Shown piece by piece: positions 58,807-64,000 of a stretch of DNA of 64,000 bases. Position 1 is the stretch's first letter, and every line of letters starts with the position of its first letter. Made by a program: the position numbers and the translations under genes. Source of the stretch: an uncultured Gammaproteobacteria bacterium (GTDB lineage: Bacteria > Patescibacteriota > Patescibacteriia > UBA9934 > CAMTUG01); NCBI GenBank assembly GCA_964588955.1, contig CAZPQJ010000003.1:42-64041 (forward strand), written 5' to 3'. Under the pieces are notes generated by a model. It searched no databases and was not told the origin of the DNA. It worked only from the letters and a program-made list of their open reading frames with translations.

Positions 58807-61752
58807 ATGCAAGATAATCTTCTCGAAAAACTCAATCCCGAACAGCTCTCAGCGGTGATGCATGATGCTGGGCCGCTCATGATTATTGCTGGTGCGGGGA
58901 CAGGGAAGACCACGGTGATTACCCATCGCATTGCTTATTTAATTGAGCAGAAAAAGGCCAAGCCCGATGAAGTCCTGGCACTGACGTTTACCGAAAAAGC
59001 GGCGGCAGAGATGGAGGAACGTGTCGACAAGTTGTTGCCGATTGGGTATGTGGATTTGTGGATTTCTACCTTCCACTCGTTTTGTGAACGCATTTTGAAA
59101 GCGCACGGTCTTGACGTTGGCATTCCCAATGACTTTAAGCTACTAAATCAAACGGATGCCTGGTTGCTCGTGCGTCAAAATTTCGATCGGTTCAATTTGG
59201 ATTATTATCGCCCGGCAGGAAATCCGACCAAGTTCATTCACGGCATGTTGCAGCATTTTTCTCGGGCGAAAGATGAGAACATTACGCCGGAGGAATATTT
59301 GGCTTACGTCGAGGGGCTTAAAGCCGATAAGGACACGACCAACGCGGGAGGCATCGACGCCACGGAACTCTCACGTTTGGAGGAACTCGCTGGCGCTTAT
59401 CACACCTATCAACAAATTTTGTTGGAAAATAATGCTCTAGATTTTGGTGATTTGATTAGCTATACCTTGAAGTTGTTTACTGCTCGCCCAAAAATCCTAG
59501 CGCAGTATCAACAACAGTTTAAATACGTGCTGGTGGACGAGTTTCAAGACACCAACTGGGCGCAGTACGCGCTGGTGAAAATGCTTGCCGCGCCTGGTAA
59601 TAACATCACGGTTGTTGGTGACGATGATCAATCGATTTATAAATTCCGTGGAGCATCGCTTTCGAACATTCTGCAGTTCGAGGCAGATTATCCAACAACT
59701 AAAAAAATTGTTCTCACCGCCAACTATCGCAGCTTACAATCCATTCTTGATGTCTCCTATAATTTCATCCAAGCCAACAATCCTAATCGCTTGGAAGCGC
59801 AGCTGCAAACGAGCGGATCGGGACTTAGCAAGAAGCTTGTTTCACCGCGAGAAGGGAAGGGAGTGATTGAACATATTCACTGCGAAACGCTAGAGGATGA
59901 AGCGCGGGCGGTGGTGGAACGCATCGTGGAATTGCAAAAGCAGGGCACGCCACTCAAAGAGATTGCTATCCTTGTGCGCGCTAACAGTTCGGCAGAACCG
60001 TTTGTTTCGTGTTTGGAGTTGTTTGGGATCCCGTATCAATTCATGGCGCTCAAAGGCTTGTATCGCAAGCCATTAATTATTGATGCCTTGGCGTATTTGC
60101 GGGTGATTGATCAGCCCAACGAAAGTCCGAGTTTGTATCGCATTCTGAGTCATCCAACGCTGGGTGTCCGTCCGGACGACCTTGTGAAGCTGACCCATGA
60201 GTGTTACAAGCGTGGCAAATCGTTGGCCGACGTTCTGGAGATTGCTAAAACCCTGCGCACGCTGGATCCGGAAACAAGCGAGAGCGCGGCAACGCTCTTG
60301 GGGCTATTTGCTCGGATGCGTCTTGAGGCTCGACGCAAGCCCGTGGCTGAGTTATTCGTTGACGTGATGAAAGAATCCGGTTTGCTTGGCTTTGTCAGTA
60401 CCTTACCGGAGCGTCAGCAACAGGAAGAGTTTCGTTTGTTGCAACAGTTTTATGAACGCATGAAAGCGTTTCAGGCACTCACGGCTGACACAACGCTAAA
60501 ACGATTTTTGATCGAATTGGAACACGAGCAAGCTTCTGGCGAAGAAGGAAGTTTGAAAATGGATCCGGAAGAAGGGCCAGAAACCGTGCGGATTATGACC
60601 ATCCATGCATCGAAAGGCTTGGAGTTTGCCCATGTGTTTATTGTCAATTTGGTGGATCGTCGTTTTCCAACGTCGGAAAAGAAAGATGCCATTCCGTTGC
60701 CGGATGCGTTGATTAAAGAAAAAGTTCCTGAAGGTGACATCCACTTGGAAGAAGAGCGTCGATTGATGTACGTCGCTTTGACGCGTGCCAAGGATGCTTT
60801 GTATTTGACTTCGGCGGAGGACTACGGTGGTGCGCGCAAGAAAAAGCCGTCGCGGTTTCTGGTAGAAATGGGACATGACACCACTCCGGTACGTTTGGGA
60901 TCGATCCAAAAAGGTGGAGTGTTTGCCTCGAATGAGCCGCACCGCTACGACCTGACCGATGCGCACGTGAGCATTCCAACGGCCTTTAGCTACACTCAGT
61001 TGGCGGCCTTTGAAACGTGTCCCTTGCAATACAAATTTGCCCACGTGCTGCATGTGCCCGTGTATGGACGCTATCAAATGAGTTTTGGAAAAACCATGCA
61101 CGGATGTTTGCAGCACTTTTTTGAGTTGTTTAAGGAGAGTGTTGAAACCCCCCAGGGAACCCTTTTCGAGACCCCGTCACCGAGTGGCGGGGCAAAGGTG
61201 CCGAGTCTCGACGCGTTGATGAAGCTTTATGATGAGGCTTGGATCGACGAGTGGTACGAAAGTGACGCTCAACGCGAGGAGTATCGCGCCCGCGGCAAGA
61301 AAACCCTTAAGGAGTATCATGCCGAGCTGGTGGCTAATCCTCCGCGGCCGTTTCATTTGGAAAAGGGCTTTACGGTTAAGTTCGGCGACGTTGTTGTTCG
61401 TGGTAGAATTGACCGTATCGATTTGGTAGACGGCGGGGTGGAGATTATCGATTACAAAACGGGTAAGCCAAAAACCGAATTGGCGAGCGAAGATAAACGG
61501 CAGTTGATGATTTATCAAATCGCGGCTATGGAGTGTTTTCAGCCGCCGCTTGTGCCGGTGAAGCTCACCTACCATTACTTGGAAGATAACTCGACCATTT
61601 CTTTTCTTGGCAAGCCCGAGGAGCTCGACGTCTTACGTCAGGAACTTGTGGAAACCGCCCGGGGCATTCGCGCCTCGGTGTTTCCGCCAACGCCAGGGTT
61701 TATGTGCGAGTACTGCGACTTTAAAGATATTTGCGAATTCCGCCAACGGTAA
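58807..61752 (+). CDS. UvrD/PcrA-type helicase fused to a PD-(D/E)XK nuclease
   Basis: AGAGTGKT, VDEFQD, GDDDQSIY.FRGA, TIHASKGLEF, YVALTRA; GRIDRID..IIDYKTG; Cys in ETCP and CEYC.....C. Confidence 0.93.
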   Translation: MQDNLLEKLNPEQLSAVMHDAGPLMIIAGAGTGKTTVITHRIAYLIEQKKAKPDEVLALTFTEKAAAEMEERVDKLLPIGYVDLWISTFHSFCERILKAHGLDVGIPNDFKLLNQTDAWLLVRQNFDRFNLDYYRPAGNPTKFIHGMLQHFSRAKDENITPEEYLAYVEGLKADKDTTNAGGIDATELSRLEELAGAYHTYQQILLENNALDFGDLISYTLKLFTARPKILAQYQQQFKYVLVDEFQDTNWAQYALVKMLAAPGNNITVVGDDDQSIYKFRGASLSNILQFEADYPTTKKIVLTANYRSLQSILDVSYNFIQANNPNRLEAQLQTSGSGLSKKLVSPREGKGVIEHIHCETLEDEARAVVERIVELQKQGTPLKEIAILVRANSSAEPFVSCLELFGIPYQFMALKGLYRKPLIIDALAYLRVIDQPNESPSLYRILSHPTLGVRPDDLVKLTHECYKRGKSLADVLEIAKTLRTLDPETSESAATLLGLFARMRLEARRKPVAELFVDVMKESGLLGFVSTLPERQQQEEFRLLQQFYERMKAFQALTADTTLKRFLIELEHEQASGEEGSLKMDPEEGPETVRIMTIHASKGLEFAHVFIVNLVDRRFPTSEKKDAIPLPDALIKEKVPEGDIHLEEERRLMYVALTRAKDALYLTSAEDYGGARKKKPSRFLVEMGHDTTPVRLGSIQKGGVFASNEPHRYDLTDAHVSIPTAFSYTQLAAFETCPLQYKFAHVLHVPVYGRYQMSFGKTMHGCLQHFFELFKESVETPQGTLFETPSPSGGAKVPSLDALMKLYDEAWIDEWYESDAQREEYRARGKKTLKEYHAELVANPPRPFHLEKGFTVKFGDVVVRGRIDRIDLVDGGVEIIDYKTGKPKTELASEDKRQLMIYQIAAMECFQPPLVPVKLTYHYLEDNSTISFLGKPEELDVLRQELVETARGIRASVFPPTPGFMCEYCDFKDICEFRQR

Positions 61753-61761
61753 TAATTGGAT

Positions 61762-61787
61762 AGGCAGGCACATGGGCCTGCCCCTAC
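61762..61787 (-). repeat. GTAG-type REP palindrome
   Basis: Minus strand GTAG-GGGCAGGC-CCATGT-GCCTGCC. Confidence 0.5.
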
Positions 61788-61791
61788 GTAT

Positions 61792-62106
61792 ATGCTCGAC
61801 ATGAAACATCTCATTACTTCCGCGGTTCACCGTGCGGGCATTACCGCGGAAATCAATTCGGTGCAGATTGTGGCGGCGGTGCGCGCCTTTTTAGATAGCG
61901 CTGTTTTGCCCGCTTTACGTCCGAGTATTCAAGTCATTTCGTATCAGCACGGCACCTTGAAAATTCTTTGCGCCAACGCCGTGGCGGCACACGAAACGCG
62001 TTCTTTGGAAACCGGTGTACGCGACGCACTCGTGCGCGCGGATCCTAAAGCCGAATTGCGGCAGCTGTTGATTCACATCGGCACGCCGAAAACGTATGAA
62101 CTTTAA
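61792..62106 (+). CDS. DciA/DUF721 family protein
   Basis: MKHLITSAVHRAGI...SYQHGTLKILCANAVAAHE. Confidence 0.7.
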   Translation: MLDMKHLITSAVHRAGITAEINSVQIVAAVRAFLDSAVLPALRPSIQVISYQHGTLKILCANAVAAHETRSLETGVRDALVRADPKAELRQLLIHIGTPKTYEL

Positions 62107-62482
62107 GCAGTATCTTATTTTCATGGCTGTTGGAACGGGGGTGGCTTTCATCTCTTGGTTGTTGGTGCTCGTGGCAATCGATCCGGTAACCGCGGGGTTG
62201 CCTTCACGGGCGGCTTTTTTACTTACGCTGTTCATTACGCTTGTCGGAGTCTTCTCTTTGTTTGGTGCCTTGATTCGGGTGCTTGTGGTGCATCGTGAGG
62301 CGGTAGTGGCTCGTGAAGTTGCCCGTGCCTTTCGACAAGGCTTGCTTTTTTCCGCTGTCGTTCTTTCCGCCTTGGTTATGGCTAGCGTAAATTATTTGCG
62401 CTGGTGGACCATGATCCTGGTCATCATTCTTTTTGCCTGTATTGAGCTCTTTTTTTTGACCGCTGGACGCAGGGATCTGTAG
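62096..62482 (+). CDS. Conserved 4-TM membrane protein
   Basis: VAIDP, RAFRQGLLFS, IELFF. Confidence 0.8.
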   Translation: MNFKQYLIFMAVGTGVAFISWLLVLVAIDPVTAGLPSRAAFLLTLFITLVGVFSLFGALIRVLVVHREAVVAREVARAFRQGLLFSAVVLSALVMASVNYLRWWTMILVIILFACIELFFLTAGRRDL

Positions 62483-62517
62483 AGGATAAGATAGAGGCCT
62501 TCCAACGATAATCTTGT

Positions 62518-63567
62518 ATGTTGAATAAGTTTTTCGGTCAGTTTTCAAAAGATTTAGGGATTGACTTGGGTACCGCCAATACCCTGGTTTTTGTGAAGGA
62601 AAAAGGGGTGGTGATCAACGAACCATCGATTGTGGCCATTAATACCCGCACGGACCAAATTTTGGCTGTGGGTCGCGACGCCAAAGATATGCTCGGCAAA
62701 ACGCCGCCGCATATCACCACTGTACGGCCACTCATGAAAGGGGTGATTTCCGATTTTGAAGTGACGGAAAAAATGTTGAAGTATTTTATCGACAAGGTTC
62801 ACGAAGAAACGTTTACCATTGTTCCGCGTCCGCGCGTGGTGATTGGAGTGCCGCTTGAGATTACCGAAGTGGAGCGTAAGGCAGTTGAAGATGCAGTGCT
62901 TTCTGCCGGAGCGCGACAGGTGCTATTGGTGGAGGAACCGATTTTGGCAGCCATTGGCGGACGTATTCCTATCACCGAATCCAATGGCCACATGTTGGTA
63001 GACATTGGTGGGGGAACAGCGGAGATCGCCGTCCTTTCCTTGTCTGGAGTGGTGACCTGGAAGTCGCTGACTATCGCTGGAGACGAGCTCACCAAAAATA
63101 TTGTCCAATACGCACGCGAGGCCTTTAACTTGTTGTTGGGTGAGCGCGTGGCAGAGCAAGTCAAAATGGAGATTGGTTCAGCCGTGCCACTTAAACAAAC
63201 GTTGCAGATGAGCATGCGCGGGCGCGATTTGATTAGCGGGTTGCCAAAAGAAATTTCGGTCAACGATGGTCAGATTCGCGAAGCCATGTATCGATCGGTA
63301 CGTACCATTGTAGAAAACATTAAAGCCACGTTGGAGGTGACTCCGCCGGAATTGGTGGCCGATATTTACGAGCGTGGCATTGTCCTTACGGGTGGCGGGG
63401 CGTTACTAAAAGGACTTGATGAATTGATTTCCAAAGAAACGACTATCCCGGTACGCATTATCGACGATCCTCTTACGGCCGTAGTGCGCGGCGCCGGCGC
63501 ATTGCTCGACGATGAAACGTTACTTAAAGAGGTTGCTCTTCCATCCGCTACCCAAACATCATCCTAA
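62518..63567 (+). CDS. mreB: Rod shape-determining protein MreB
   Basis: GIDLGTANT, EPSIVA, VDIGGGTAE, LTGGGALL. Confidence 0.97.
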   Translation: MLNKFFGQFSKDLGIDLGTANTLVFVKEKGVVINEPSIVAINTRTDQILAVGRDAKDMLGKTPPHITTVRPLMKGVISDFEVTEKMLKYFIDKVHEETFTIVPRPRVVIGVPLEITEVERKAVEDAVLSAGARQVLLVEEPILAAIGGRIPITESNGHMLVDIGGGTAEIAVLSLSGVVTWKSLTIAGDELTKNIVQYAREAFNLLLGERVAEQVKMEIGSAVPLKQTLQMSMRGRDLISGLPKEISVNDGQIREAMYRSVRTIVENIKATLEVTPPELVADIYERGIVLTGGGALLKGLDELISKETTIPVRIIDDPLTAVVRGAGALLDDETLLKEVALPSATQTSS

Positions 63568-63576
63568 CGCTCGCGT

Positions 63577-64000
63577 ATGCGATTGAACGTACGGCGCCAT
63601 CGACGGCTCGTGGTCTTTTCCGCCACCGCGGTGGCGCTTGTATTGTTAGTATCTTTGTTTCAAAAAACCGCGCCGGTGGTGGCGATCATGAATGGTACAC
63701 GAGCCGCTGCCTATGCGGTTGGTGATGGGATAGGCGGACTTTTGGAACGCGTTTTCTCTAGCAAGTCTGTCTTGATTCAGGAAAATACGCGCCTGCAGCA
63801 AGAGGTAGCGGCTTTGGCAGAATCTGCCGCGAGCGCCGACCAACTGAAAGCGGAAAATTCTTCGTTGAAAGAATTGATACAGTATCAAGAGCGTTCGGGT
63901 GTTCAGCCGGTGGTGGCCCGTGTACTGAGCCGCGTAAGCGAACTTTCTTCTGAAGCCGTGTTAGTAAACCGCGGTTCGGTCGATGGCGTGGCGGTGGGGG
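63577..64000 (+). CDS. mreC: Rod shape-determining protein MreC (partial)
   Basis: Translated by hand: TM, coiled coil LKAENSSLKELI, VVARVLSR, VNRGSVDGV; follows mreB. Confidence 0.88.
   Translation, partial: MRLNVRRHRRLVVFSATAVALVLLVSLFQKTAPVVAIMNGTRAAAYAVGDGIGGLLERVFSSKSVLIQENTRLQQEVAALAESAASADQLKAENSSLKELIQYQERSGVQPVVARVLSRVSELSSEAVLVNRGSVDGVAVG

Overview
The window looks like chromosome from a Patescibacteria (CPR) bacterium, possibly ABY1/Uhrbacteria-like. This is inferred from the SD-less 'ctATG/ttATG' start contexts, CPR-type hypothetical and surface proteins, and gene order. Positions 1-~6450 are the right end of an integrated element. It carries a ParB-DNA methyltransferase, DUF2188 and a LexA/CI-type repressor coupled to a complete type III CBASS operon (CdnC-like CD-NTase, HORMA, TRIP13, NucC). 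It ends at a duplicated tRNA(Asn-like) 3' end. The rest holds stress, envelope and housekeeping genes (tspO, sulP, greA, msrB, degP, mutY, pepA, ahpC, sod, rsmI, metG, tatD, atp operon, UvrD-nuclease, mreB, mreC). The most unusual signal is a second gene population. Seven scattered monocistronic genes have GC-rich codon usage, Shine-Dalgarno motifs, their own sigma70 promoters and a shared 'GC hairpin + (G)CTTTT-type tail' 3' end, unlike their neighbours. There are also two ~200-300 nt self-pairing noncoding elements, a palindromic repeat inserted in-frame in mutY, an unannotated 39-aa basic ORF and a shared alternative-sigma-like promoter. All calls are by eye; no searches were run.
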